Shown: positions 32,130 to 45,359, counted from the first letter of the stretch. The stretch is 64,000 bases of DNA from Bigelowiella natans CCMP2755 (GCA_000320545.1 ADNK01003243.1:3723-67722), one strand, 5' to 3'. Notes: generated from the sequence alone by a model not told the origin. Made by a program: numbers and translations.

Positions 32130-34064
32130 ATATACAATATGCAACATTGTTTTCACCTTAAATGGACATCCAACATGCGGCAGCATATTGATATTTGGAA
32201 CGCTGTTTCCCTTTGATTAATAAAGTCATTAAAACTTGACCACTACTATAAACGAGAGAATCTTGTTGTAAATATGATTCTTCGAATCGTACTAAATCAT
32301 TTCTTATCATTGCTGTACAGAAAGACAATTTTATACGTCTTCTGTTGCCAAAGATTCCATGGCTATATGAAACTTTAAGTATTTCACATATCCTAAATTG
32401 TCAATATATGTGATCAGAACCTTTTTGTCTTTTCCAAGAAATTCATGATAAAAAAGGACCTTGAAATAACTCATTAGAATAAGTATCATTATAATGATAT
32501 ACTTGTTCATACATATTGGCTAGTTATTCTCTTCGTAGTTAATTAACGAGAGGGGTGCTTTGTTTTCTTTATTTTTGCATTTAAAACCACCATAAAATCC
32601 TACAATATTTCCTCTTGCTGCTGCTACTACTACTGCTACTACTACTGCTACTACTACTGCTGCTGCTGTTATCACTACTTCTTCCAAATCTACTGGTGAG
32701 GAAATGTCCAAGTCCTGAAAGCCATGGACCTTGCATATCTAGTAACAGAAATACGGTTTACTGTTATATTTCATAGATCCTCGTGGATTGCTTACTTTTT
32801 CACATATGTACTGCTATTTAGAGCTAGTTATGATCCTATTGTGGTTGTAAGTAGTTGTTTAACGACTGAGTGTTCCTTTCCTTTTCTCTGCGATTTCTTC
32901 CATAATCCTTCTTTCTATCTATTTTATTTATCTTCTGTTTTCCATACAGCATTACTAATTGTGGCATGACAGGAGAAATGTGAATGATGATGATAAATTA
33001 ATGCCTTGCATTGATCGATGATAATACTACGACAATGAGGATATTGATTCTAGTGTATGGATATAACATTGGTCCATATATCGAACAGTGCATCGGTTCC
33101 AGCGTCAGTAAGATTTAGCAAGTGTCCAGCGAGCTAAGTGAGTGAGCAGCGTGTGATGTATTCAAGAAGGTCATATTGACGATGGTGTTTTTACAATCAT
33201 ATGGCGACATACTTACTATTGTTGACTCTGATGTCGCATGGGGTATGGGGGTTTGTAAAAAGCAAATGTAGTGGTGGTGGAGCGTCAGCTTTTGATCAAT
33301 CTCTATTATCTGCACTACAAACAGATGGGATAATTTGTATAGAATTGTGCGGACGAAGAGAGAATAAACATTCACTGACCCTTTCATCATTCATTTATGC
33401 AATGTTGAAAACAATCATCTGTATTATAATGGATGGATCAACAATTTCTGTTTGTTATACTCCCTCCACTACGCTATATATACTGCGACAAAAAGTCTTC
33501 TAGCATTAAGATATATCTGCTTTTATCGAAGTAAAGAAATGAATGAATAATTGCAAACCCTATTTGGGGCGCCCCAGCAAGTCGCATAGATTTGAATTTC
33601 CTGTTGTCGTCACCAAGATGGAACGAGACGATGATCATAAACCACATAAATCACATATCTTAAGTCTCGTACAAACAATAGGGTATGTGATACATCCAAA
33701 TACAGCATAGGAGAAAGATTTGAAATCTACGATTGATGTTCGCCACTACCTGCTCAATGCTTTCGATCTCCCTTGGTTTTAAAGTCTCGTAGATGATCTC
33801 ACAAGCCTCTTCTACCTGTTTAAAAGAAACCAAATATAAATAATAAGGTAACACCTACTGCAACTACTACTACTACTACTGCTACTCTACCAAATGCTTA
33901 TCAATATCTTTTCCTTGAGACCATTGTTGTAAAATAGCCAGGTCATCGGCAAGTCTATGTATGAGACCATTGTGGAAAATAATCGGGTCATAACTTAGAA
34001 GCGATGGGGTGGAACCGATAATAATTACATTAGTCTTACAGTCAAGCTAAGGGACTAAATGATT

Positions 34065-34101
<37 letters not shown>

Positions 34102-36250
34102 TCGTGATATCAGTGGCTTACGCTTTGCGGAACTCCATAAGATCAAATGGATGAAGCCGAATACTGTTAGCCGTCAACATCAATTCAAACTACCATATAC
34201 CAAGTCGAGAAGCGAATGAATGAATTAAGTATTTAAGCTAGAGAGTTATGGAGAAACTATATCTGAAGGTGAGAAAATCTATACGTAGCTGCACTAAATC
34301 GCTAAGATTTTAAGGGTTAAATTTTAGCATAAGGGTTCTATTATCTTACACCAACACCAATTTTGAAAAGGATAGTCATAATTACTTCCTACATCTACTA
34401 CTCTAGTACTACCACAGGAGTGTTCTTATGAATCATGATAGTGTCCCTTCCTTTGTATTCGCGAATGTCAACTCCCCTCCTCTCCCACCTGAATAAAATT
34501 GATAATTAATGCTGAAGCGATAAAACGTGGAACCGCCTAGAAATGATACCCCAAACTACAAGATTTTTACTTTTGTTTCTCTGATAATGTATGTCTAATT
34601 GTTGGATCTTTTAGTTCTACACAAAGGCAAGATCACATGCTGATATGCAATATATTACTCGCGAAGTTTGCTCGGGTGCCTTCTCTTTGCGTCCCTATAA
34701 TAAAAATTGTTACCGTTTTCACACACACGTACATACACACACACCCACAAACACAGTTGTATATATTTATGCATATAAATATGTAACATATATATAATGA
34801 AAGTTTCCACCCTTGTAGTTCATCTGTACATGGAAAAATAGGTTTTAGGGGGAGGATCAACATATTTTTCGAAAACTACATTATAAGCTCCGTTAGATTC
34901 CTTGCTTGCCTGGAGCAACATTTTTTCCAAAATCAAATTACTTTTCAAGGTTCCGAATAAAATGATTAAACCTCTGAAATGAAGCGAATGCAGTGCTTCT
35001 CTCCTTGTCCGCAGCCCACTCAAAGACATAATTCTGGATTTGTTCGTCATCTTTGACCAGTCTCTGAAGGCGGCGGCGTATTAATTAACAAGCCGTGAGA
35101 AAAAGAGCGAACTAAAGCATATAATGTGTATATTACCGCAAATGCTTGTCGCATATGATTGAAAGTCGAAAGGAAACCTTTGTCAACATTTTCCTGTTGG
35201 AAACAGCACAGAGATTTTTTTGTGTTCAATGCTAATATCAGATATGTCCTTATCCCCCCCGTGTTGCTCACCCATTCTTTTCAATCACTTTATTCATAAT
35301 TGCGAATTTTCAGTTATTGTGGTTCAGCAATTGCTTTCTTACTGGAATCATTCTATCTACTAGCCAGTCCGTTGTTAATCCACACTCCAAGCAAGCAGTA
35401 TTCAAAAACTGGTCCACGATTTCAATAGTGCGCTGATGTAATTAAATAATTACGTACGAAATAAGACTGTGTACTCTGTACTTTTCTGAAATCAACGTGG
35501 ATTACTTTTTCTAGCTTTTCCTGCTCATCATATTCCTCCTCTGCTTCTTCATCACTGAGTTTTTTTTTAGAAAAAATAGCGGAAGATGATGGTGTAATCG
35601 CGATACAGTGTCGTGGTGTCGCTTGTCATCATAAATAGAACAAGTATGAGTGAGAAAAGTATAGGCAGTGAAAGTGGAAGCAGCAGTGGCATTTCCATTT
35701 GCAAAATTTAATGATAGTAAGATTAATATTCACAGAACTGTTCTTCTCTCTGTCGAGTTGGTATGTTCTCCTCTTGCTTCTGTCGAATTGGTGTGTTCTT
35801 TCTTGACTCCTCCTCTTGCGACGACTAGAAGAAAAATATGACCATAAATAAGTATCCATCAATATCACGAACCAAGCGAAGTACCTCAAAGTTTTGTAAC
35901 TTCTCTCGCCCAAGTTTTTCTTCCGCATCCTCTTCTCCATCGTCGTAAAATTCAACAACGGTTTCTACCTGATTTTTTCATTCATTGTATTAGAAGACAG
36001 ACACTCTGTGCCTGTAAATAAAGTCCAGGTATAACTTACATATTCATCAGAAGAATCTGCTGCTTCATTCTCCATTTTATCGTCCCTTTCATCTGATGTA
36101 AGAAATGAAGGGGGTTTTCTTGGTACTCTTCAACTCTAAATTGCTAGATAGTCTTCATCTCTGAAACTCTAATTTCTCTCAAGTTTGACAAGAAAGATCC
36201 TGCCAACGATTTTACTTCTCGATCTCGTGCGAGAGCAGCTTCCTCCCATT
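31345..36250 (-). CDS. Unknown multi-exon protein (acidic N-terminal region, helical C-terminal region)
   Basis: A chain of short AG...GT-bounded open segments on the minus strand, for example VETVVEFYDDGEEDAEEKLG, RTIEIVDQFLNTACLECG, ENVDKGFLSTFNHMRQAFA, WERRGVDIREYKG, IRLHPFDLMEFRKA, VEEACEIIYETLKPREIE and HDNLDNKSLEFVFDLHKAAN. No family recognised; both ends uncertain. Confidence 0.55.
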
Positions 36251-36633
36251 GTTTCCTTTTGTGAGGGCAAGACGTGTGGTGATTGTCTAGCTTCTCCCTC
36301 CCTTCCTCATTTGTGTCCTTTGTGTCCTCGAACTGCTGTTAGCTTTTTTATTTGAAGACTCTTTTTTAACAACGGTGCGGCTAGTTACTTCCAACTTACT
36401 GTCGCACTAAAGAAACCACCCACAAAAATCAAGATTCCTCCACGGGAAAGAATCGAAGAAACACCGATTTGTAATCATAACAAATACCAAGATTCTCATG
36501 CGGTCATCATTTTGTGGTTTTGAAAAGCAAATATGCGATGTCGCATTAGTAATTTTCAAGACAATTTGTCAGAGAGATATTTAGTCCTAGGCCTACCTCG
36601 GAAGAAAGGGTGCGTCCGTGTTGTCGTCGTTGG

Positions 36634-36668
<35 letters not shown>

Positions 36669-36750
36669 CTCCAGCGTTGCCGATCGGCGCCATCAAGTGT
36701 GATTCGTCAGGAAGCCCGAGTTGGGTTCATCCACCACAGTCTACTTTTCT

Positions 36751-37437
36751 ATGGAGCCTTCTACCGCTCTCCCAGATGCGAAAACAGTGTTTAAAGATGG
36801 ACCTTCTTCGTTTTCACCAATCGTTAAACTTGATGGGAAGAAAATCATAGTCCGAGACTTTACTAAAACTGGCACTGCAGAAGAACCTCTAGCTGAGGGA
36901 ACGTATGATATTGGGCGATATAACGAATTAAGGCCTGGGATGTATGTATCGGAATTATATCAGGACCAAAAAAATGAGATTGAGGGCTACAACGGTGAAA
37001 GAAATATTCACATGGGTCTGGACATTGGAGGTCCAGCAGGAACGCCAGTACACTCTTTTGCAGACGGAACAATTCACTGCTATGGATACAACCCCGAAAA
37101 GGGAGACTACGGGCACGTTGTCATAATTAAATACCAGGTAAATAATACTCCAGTTTGGGCGCTCTACGGACACCTCAGCGGCAAGTCTTGCGGGTACAAA
37201 TACAAAGGAATGTCAATAAAGAAAGGTGACGTGATTGGCTGGTTCGGAACAGAAAAAGAGAATGGTGGCTGGCCCCCTCATGTTCACTTCCAGCTCTCCT
37301 TTATTGAACCAAAAACACATGATCTACCTGGAGTAGTATCTCTTGCAGACCATTCTCGATCAGAAAAACAATTTCCTGATCCAAGGTTGGTCCTAGGCCC
37401 CCTATATCCAGGAGAGGGTTTGTTTCGTCCAAAATGA
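36751..37437 (+). CDS. Bacterial-type M23 family (peptidoglycan DD-)metalloendopeptidase, intronless CDS
   Basis: HMGLD (HxxxD), GTPVHSFADG, GDYGHVVII, LYGHLS and GGWPPHVHFQL (HxH) zinc-site motifs. The first in-frame ATG is at 36751, with an in-frame TGA just upstream. Confidence 0.9.
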   Translation: MEPSTALPDAKTVFKDGPSSFSPIVKLDGKKIIVRDFTKTGTAEEPLAEGTYDIGRYNELRPGMYVSELYQDQKNEIEGYNGERNIHMGLDIGGPAGTPVHSFADGTIHCYGYNPEKGDYGHVVIIKYQVNNTPVWALYGHLSGKSCGYKYKGMSIKKGDVIGWFGTEKENGGWPPHVHFQLSFIEPKTHDLPGVVSLADHSRSEKQFPDPRLVLGPLYPGEGLFRPK

Positions 37438-38298
37438 TAACGACGTTTTAAAAGCGAAGACCAGTAGCAACTATCGACCTTCACTTCATCCAGTTTGGAG
37501 CGGGCTAGCCAACATGATGTATAGCACGAGCAGGCTCTATGCAAATTTATTTACGATACATACATATAATGAAAACTCATGGCATCAAATGGCATCAACA
37601 TGATGTGTTCATCACTATGACATTCAGGCTGGCGATAGTAGTCAATATGTATAAGACTTTGTACAGGCATGATGTGTGCGTGCATCGCTGCATACCGCGT
37701 CGCAGCGACAGAAAAACGTGCCTGGTTTACGTATAAACGGAGAGACGGAGTAAGCATAAATGCTACTCTTCTACTTTTGCTAAAACTAGCTATGAATATA
37801 ATTTTGTCTAACTATGGTTACAAACATGTCTAATCCAACTCGTATATATTGAATGCTGCTGCTATGTGGCAAATGTTAAATTGTACACAGTTGTGTAGCA
37901 TGCATTAGCGGTGCTACATTGGCACTAGGAAAATTTCCAGTTCGCTGCTGCATCGCGTAGCTTTTCGTGCAAACAAATGACACATTGCTCGTGCAAGCGG
38001 CAGGATTGATCATGATCGAAGCTAAAAAGGCGACTGTTAATCTAGCAACATCACTCACTATTTTTATTGATGTAGCCTCGTCCGATGAACAAAATCAAGT
38101 GCTTTTGCTGTGCATGTCTGTGCTGTCATCGACAGCTGCGCTTGTTTTTTTACTGTGCTTTGCTACGCCTACAGCTTTGTAACTAATATAGCTGCCGCAT
38201 AACCAGCTGTACGTGAAACTCAACGATAATCAAAATGAAATATGCATAATGAACTAATGCAACCGCTGACAATAGCAAGTTTCACTCTGGCAGTCATT

Positions 38299-39363
38299 TC
38301 AAAATTTTTTAAATTCGCTGAGAACTTTATGCAGTTGCTCCTGGATTGCATCCTTAAGTGCTAATTAAACAAAAATATTAGAGATGACTCCTCGATAAAA
38401 AAATTCCATACCCGAGACTGCTTTCAAGTACACCTCTCGTTCATTATCCTTTAGAGGAGTTCGAATGTTTATCTTTGGATTCACAATTCCTTTATGATAA
38501 ATCAACTTAATGCGAGGACTGTCAAAAATCAATTGCAATTGTTACCATCCTCAAGCTCACAATTGGTAACTTCATTGTATTCAAGCGTTCCCATCACCAC
38601 TTTATCGGATGCGCCTTCAGGATCTGTGAGCCAAGAGACTTTGAAAGAGAGATCAATAATGTACTTTTTGACCCCAGATTTCACCTAAATCTGTCATAGT
38701 GAGAACCGTATCTACATCAAATACTAATTTGGAATACCATAATATATCCTCCGCCGTCCCAATTATCCACAGATTCAATAAAAAGTATACAGTTTCTTTC
38801 TTCCTCAACCTTGAAATTAGAAGGAAGTTTAGTTTACGCTATGATCTGAGTTGCAATTATGTAATGATGGTTTCAAGATTACGACAATGAAGATGGTAAC
38901 GAAGATGATGATGATGATGACGAGAACGACAATGACAGAGATAGTGTGGTGATAGAGGTGAATAGTTTGTCCCGTACACTCATATATCTACCATACATAA
39001 GGGTCAATGAGCCATGTGATCTTCAAAAATATTTTTATATGTAGAGGTAATACCGGGATTGTCAGGTTCATCAGAGACTTACTCACCTCTTTTCTAATCC
39101 ATCTGTAGTAAGTTGGAAACACAAAATACCACACTAATATCAACAAAGGTCAAATCCAAATTCCAAATGTACATTACTTTTCATGTTTTATCTCTTCCCA
39201 CGTTCCTCCTGCCCACCAAGAGCCACCTCTAAAACGGCACACCACAATTCAGTATTCTGTTTGAGAAACACACGCGCATGCACACACACACACAGAGATA
39301 GAGAGGGGGGGGGGAGGGGGGGGGGGGGGGGGGGGGGAGGGGTAATATAAATTAATATTTATT

Positions 39364-39399
<36 letters not shown>

Positions 39400-39418
39400 C
39401 TTTTATACATCGGTGTGC

Positions 39419-39470
<52 letters not shown>

Positions 39471-40982
39471 ATTGATGAGCATATACACGCAAAACATAAC
39501 ATCAAATTTATATATTACGTTTTGTTCTCTTCTTGTTGTGCCTTGGAAGCCAGTCGCTTAGCATCCTCTGCGCTGATTTCCTTAGGCTAAATTTTTGTTT
39601 TCGAAAAAAAATTATGACTATTACATTTTCTTTTATCGCTATTCATCCACCTTAAATTCGCCTGCCAAGCGTTTCTCTTCGTTAGTCATTTCATGGGTAA
39701 AGTATGATGTTTTTGAACCATCAGCTCTAACCCTATAGCCTTTCATTATCTTTTCCTTGTCGTCATCATCTATTGATTGCCACAGAAATCGTTTCCAGCA
39801 AGTTGAATAAATTCGAATAATTTGGAATAGGTTAATACGTTAAATAATGTCAGTATTTGGATACTATCATGTACAAACCAGTGAGCTGCTCTGATTTATC
39901 TTGAATGATATCCTCCTTCACACACCACCACCTCTTGTTTGGGTTATTCTTGACTGTTGTTCGCCTGTTGGCAGCTGCAGCCACATTTGGTGCTGCTCCT
40001 TCTTCATTTATAGATGAATTACTGACACATGGACCAATAAGTTGAGAAGATTCTTGTTTCTTTGCAAGCTTCAGAAGGCATTGGGTCTCCAAATCATGTT
40101 CATCTAGAGCTAGTGATATTTCCAATGACTCAACCGCATTTGAATAATCTCCCATTTTCATCAGACATTCACCCCGGATACGATGAGCCTGTTTTTGATA
40201 GAATATAGTCATCTAATTTGTCAAATAAATCTGATGTAATAATAAGTGCACCTGTGGGTAACGATCGTTTATTCCTAAAGCTTCCTCGGCATCCTAAATT
40301 CATAGGAAAATGATTCTCATCAGAAGATTCGAGACATTAGATCGAAAGAAAACTGCGCACCTCAAGAGTCTCTTCAATTCTTCCCATTTTCAACAAAACT
40401 TCTGCCCGTGTTCCGAACAACACTGGATTGGAGGAATTGTGGGATATTGCGCAGGATAGCCTAGGAGGACACCGGCGAGGAGAAGTGCAAAAAGAAAAGT
40501 TGTTGATACATAATATGTCAGTACGAGTTACAACGACTATTGCTGTCATTTAGAATTTTAAATTATTGTAATGAAAAGAATGGGAGCTCGTGAAGAATCT
40601 GAGCATGAATCGTGTGTTCGCTCTTGAAAAATTACAATTTCTCTGCAATTGGGTAATTCTTGTCTTTCGTCGCAGCTATTCCACGCCTATATAGCTCATT
40701 CACAAGCGATTGTCTGTCTTTGTCCGAAGATGGTTGAGCACTTAGGACATCTATGTGAGGATTCATCATCAAGGAGCTTGCAGAGGGAGCCCCGAACATA
40801 CCTCCTCTCAAAAATGATGTCATTCGACGATAACGACGAGTACGAATCCCTGATCGAAGAGGCACATCCGACGAAGAAGGTGGCAGAGGTGATGAAGGTA
40901 AAAGGGACATGAAAATTGCTGCTATTAAAATCGAGCAGCTAATAGTGGTGCAGCTTCCCCTCTTTCCATCATTATCCATCAT
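38299..40982 (-). CDS. TPR + Aha1 N-terminal-like domain Hsp90 co-chaperone with an N-terminal signal/transit-like leader
   Basis: TPR exons: ELYRRGIAATKDKNYPIAEK, NPVLFGTRAEVLLKMGRIEE and AHRIRGECLMKMGDYSNAVESLEISLALD. These are followed by GYRVRADGSKTSYFTHEM, GGSWWAGGTWEEIK and VKSGVKKYIIDLSFKVSW..GTLEYNEV (Aha1_N-like). The last exon ends KVLSEFKKF*. Confidence 0.75.
39305..39342 (+). repeat. Poly-G tract (G-quadruplex-capable), intronic
   Basis: About 38 nt of G interrupted by two A. A shorter poly-G lies at ~14963-14983. Confidence 0.85.
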
Positions 40983-41571
40983 CCGGGGCTTTATCCTGTA
41001 TGAAAGTATAATGTTCTGTCTGACGTATCGATTGCAACTACGGAACAGTGGATTTGAATTGCGCTTAGTTATGTAGAAATTAATAAACAGTTAGCAGTGC
41101 CATAAAATTACGCACATGCCCGGATGTCTTCTCTTTTCCTATCACGGGTAATGGAGGACCATGGCCGAAGGAGCAACAACTGGAGGAGGCGACTGATAGA
41201 GGTACACACTATGCTCCATTTTGCAACCTACGACATAAAATCTCGATATGACTCATGGTGTAAATGGCATTGGTTTTCAACCATATCAATGGTAGGACTT
41301 AGGAGGCAAATGGCCTGTATTTCACAATAATATTGTACGTATTATTATTTTTATCATCTACCGTAATTCGGAACACTGCCAACAAGCACGTGGCACCCAT
41401 AATGACTAACTGCACGTGCTAATCCGATGATGATCCAACCCCATTGATATCATTCGAACAGTGTCAGCTACATGTGTTGCGCTGTACTTTTCAACGCAAC
41501 ATATGCTCGCCATGCACAAGGCGAGAGATGAATGAAGCAGGGCGAAGATTCTCCGCCACCGACTATCAATC
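40983..41571. promoter_or_regulatory. Putative bidirectional promoter region (TPR-Aha1 / FEN1)
   Basis: About 590 bp between divergent start codons; no specific element identified. Confidence 0.4.
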
Positions 41572-44500
41572 ATGATGGTCCGACTAGTCATCATCTCCCT
41601 GCCAGTCTTCCTCCTCTTCTTCACTATTTTTGCAAGAATGGCCATCATCTCCAATGCGAGAGGATATGACAATTCGCTTGGTGGTATTAGAGGATTGTCA
41701 AAACTCATCGAGGAACAAACACCGTATGATGACTAATTGTGTACCCCATTTGCAATCTTCAAGGGATTGCATATTGCGTGTGTTTGGGTGTATGTGTTTC
41801 TTTCTGTGTAGGAACATAAATACATACTTTGCAATCGTAGTATGTACTCACATTACACATTGTCGTGTCGAACCTGCACTACTCCTCCTCCTTAACAGTC
41901 GGGCCATAGTACGACCGATCGAGTTGCAGGACTACTCTGGCAGAAGGATTGCTATTGACGGGAATATGGCTTTGTACCAATTTCTGACTGCAATTCGAAC
42001 GGTACGTACACAGAGAATGGAAACATAGGCATCTGACGACATATTCAATAGACGACGACGGCAACGACGACCATCACCGATTATATTCTGATGTATGATG
42101 ATCAGCGACGGCCGAAAGTAGGCATATTATCACAACACCTTCGAAGCTATCGTTCAGGAAATGTCACTTCACATTTACTTGGATTGTTTACAAGCACCAT
42201 TGCGCTTCTCAATGAGGGGGTGGGTGATTGAGTTTGCAGTATCAAGCAGCTGCATGATAGACAGTAGACTATACTGTAATCTAGTAGTAGCAGCGAAACA
42301 GACAGAACCCATCATGTGTACACACACACTAATTCAGGTGGAGATCATCTACGTATTTGATGGAAGGTTTCATCCATTCAAAAGACATATTCTCAATCAG
42401 AGAATGATGAGAAAACGACTTGCTACGGAAAGAATGGAGTAATGTTTCTCCATTGCTTCCAATCTTTCTCTGGGTTTTGAATATTGTACTGTAATTAGAA
42501 CTGCGAGAGCTGAAGCGTTCAGTCTCAGTTGCAAGATGGAAGAATTAAAAAATAGAAAGAGGAAAGCAGTAACCAACATCATGTGTCCCTCTCCTCTTCC
42601 CGCTACAACTTCCATCCCTCTTCTTGTTTCTGATCCTATGCTAAGCTTCCCTGCAACTTCATTATCATCCTTATCTATGAAGCAGCAGGTATCACTATAC
42701 ATGTGTGTACGCATACATTATGCAGCGATAACTCGCTCAGTTGACAATCATCGCCATTTTCAGCGACTAAACATCGTAATGAAGATCCTTTATTGATTCA
42801 ATTTACTCCTACTAATGTGGTTGGAATTGTTGGATATATATCATATATCTTATGTCAGGAATCTGGGGTTGGAGGATGGCCGCTACTGCTATATACAACA
42901 GTAGGCTCTTCTAACAAAGACGTTGCACCCAACACAGTTCTAGACAGAAGTCATAATCCTCTTTGTCCACTCCTGTTAAGCTACAACGAAAAGGAAGATA
43001 ATATTTTTGACGAAGGAGGTGGAAGAGTACATCTAGAAAACAACACTGCAACTTATCACCACGACCAGCAGAAGCAGAAGGTACATTTTGTGACCAGAAA
43101 TGTATTATTATGCACAACAAACTATTCTCGTTCCGACGAAGATAGTAGAGAGGAGGATGAAAATAGTAGGAATCTTTTCTCTACTCAGAAGCAGGATTTA
43201 AATACAGTAGCAATAGAAAAAGAAGACCAAATAGCTACTACTGCTCCAATAGAATACCATTGTGACGTCGTCGGTAGTGCCATGAGGAAGGAGGGTGGTA
43301 CGACTGAAGACAAAGAAGAAGGACAAGAAGAACAAGAAGAAGCTCGAGCTGAGGAAATCCTAAAGACAATAGAACAACAGCGGCGACAGACCGTGCGTGT
43401 TAGTAGGTAGAAGAGATTTTGGCTACAAAATATGTCTAATTATTTTATTCCTAAATCATCCTACTTAATCTCTTCTATTGTTGCCAATCGCTTAATATTT
43501 TCCTGCCTCTCTATATTACTCGTATTAGATGAAATAAAATTTTTTGATCTTCCTCTTCTTCCTCCTCTCCTCTCCTCTCCCGCCATTCGGTCATGATGAT
43601 TCACCTATGCCGTATGTCTGTTTGTTCTTCATGCTACATATTAGTCACATGGTTGCAGAGTCTATTCAACTTCTGAAATTAATGGGAGTTCCAGTGCTAC
43701 GAGCTCCTGGGGAGGCTGAAATCCAATGTGCAGCAATGGCACGTCAGGGTATTGTACATGCTGTTGCTACCGAAGATCTTGATGCAGTAGTGGCTGGTGC
43801 CCCACGTGTACTGCGCGGAATCATAGGGGGGTCACAGGATCCTTCAGCATCATCTCAGGCTGATGCTATTAAACGCAGCAGTCGACGAGGTCGACAACGA
43901 CATAATAAGGTACTATTTTTGAATTTATACCGTGATGAAACTCAAGTTGAGATTAGCATGATTGTATATAGGATATTAAATTCATTGGTGTTACATTTTA
44001 TTTGCGAATAATAATGACAGATGAATGAGGTGGTTCTCGAGACAATGTTATCAGATCTGAACATTACTTTCGAGCAATTGACAGATTTGGCTACAATAGT
44101 TGGATCAGGCATGATGATGGACACAATATCTCGTCGTTGTCGTCGTCGTCGTCTATACTAATTGGGCATGTGTTAACAGCGTTCAATAAACTTCATCGAT
44201 TCAAATAGTAATGAAATGTGTGTCACCAGATTACTGCGATGGAATTCCAGGGGTTGGTCCAAAGAAGGCTATCAAGTTGTTGAGACAGCATGGAAGCTTG
44301 GAGTCATATTTAAAAGCAGTTTTCAAGAAAACCACCGACCAAACCAAGCGTGCAAACATTGCTTTCGATCCGAATCACTTGCTTCGTGTTCGCAATCTGG
44401 TATATTTTACAAAGATGGGATGTAAATTATGTATTCAAATTCGACTACGTTGACAATCGAGATTATCCTTTTTCATTGCAGTTCGCACACCCCAATGTTG

Positions 44501-44758
44501 AGACGACATCTTTGGATCGAGTGCGCTGGAGAAAGAAGCCTGATGAAAAGGGATTAATTAAGTTTTTAGTAGAGGAAAGAGGTTTCAATTCGAAGCGAGT
44601 TCAGACAGGAATCCAAACTTTGAAAGTTACGATGCAGAAAGAGGTCACAAGGACATTCAATCTATCACTTTCTCTGATTTTAGTTAGAGTGTCGATCGCC
44701 CAATTTCTAGGTCCAAACTAGGCTGGACTCATACTTCTTGCAGCAATCCAGCTCCTGA
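41572..44758 (+). CDS. FEN1: Flap endonuclease 1 with an N-terminal signal-peptide-like extension and a C-terminal PIP box
   Basis: Exon 1 reads MMVRLVIISLPVFLLFFTIFARMAIISNARGYDNSLGGIRGLSKLIEEQTP. Later exons give YSGRRIAIDGNMALYQFL, YVFDG, APGEAEIQCA, ATEDLD, GS|DYCDGIPGVGPKKA and PDEKGLIKFLVEERGFN. The last exon (44711-44758) is VQTRLDSYF...*. All catalytic acidic residues are visible. Confidence 0.92.
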
Positions 44759-45235
44759 AGCTAGTGGGCTGGATGATCCCAAACATCTGCGAACTAGCCA
44801 AGTGGACACAAAGGTAAAGTAGGTATGAGGATGGGCAGGAACGAGTGTAGCATGCATCCACCGCATGTAATCTAGGTAATATCGTTATGTGTGGGTACAA
44901 ATGTCACTGATTGTGTACGCACCTACCATGACTTCCAGACACTGCATGTCTTGTGGCTCGAGATCAGATCATCAGGACAACTAGTGGTGACGAAGCGTCG
45001 GTCTGGTGTGCCAGATCTATGTGCGCGTGCGATGTCTTGCTATATATTGCGCTACTGCGCTGACTGACAAAGTAAACTGCTCAAGCGTTGCGCGCGCTCG
45101 TGACGACGCCGCACAGCGTTAAAGCAGGCTGCTGATGCAGTGCGCCATAGTCCGTCACACGACACATGCATGATCGAACAACGCAATGGTCTAGCGCTAG
45201 AGCGGTGCGTAATCACAGCTCAGTTGTTCTACAAG

Positions 45236-45266
<31 letters not shown>

Positions 45267-45328
45267 GATAGGAAGTGCACGACAGATCTAGACATGACAA
45301 CTCTAGAACTGGGCAAGCTAACAAGGTG

Positions 45329-45358
<30 letters not shown>

Positions 45359-45359
<1 letters not shown>

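Noticed and set aside
36533-36850. ORF MRCRISNF... with poly-Cys as the N-terminus of the M23 peptidase
   Set aside because: It is in a different frame, the poly-Cys comes from a (TTG)n tract, and an in-frame TGA (~36700) precedes the M23 frame.
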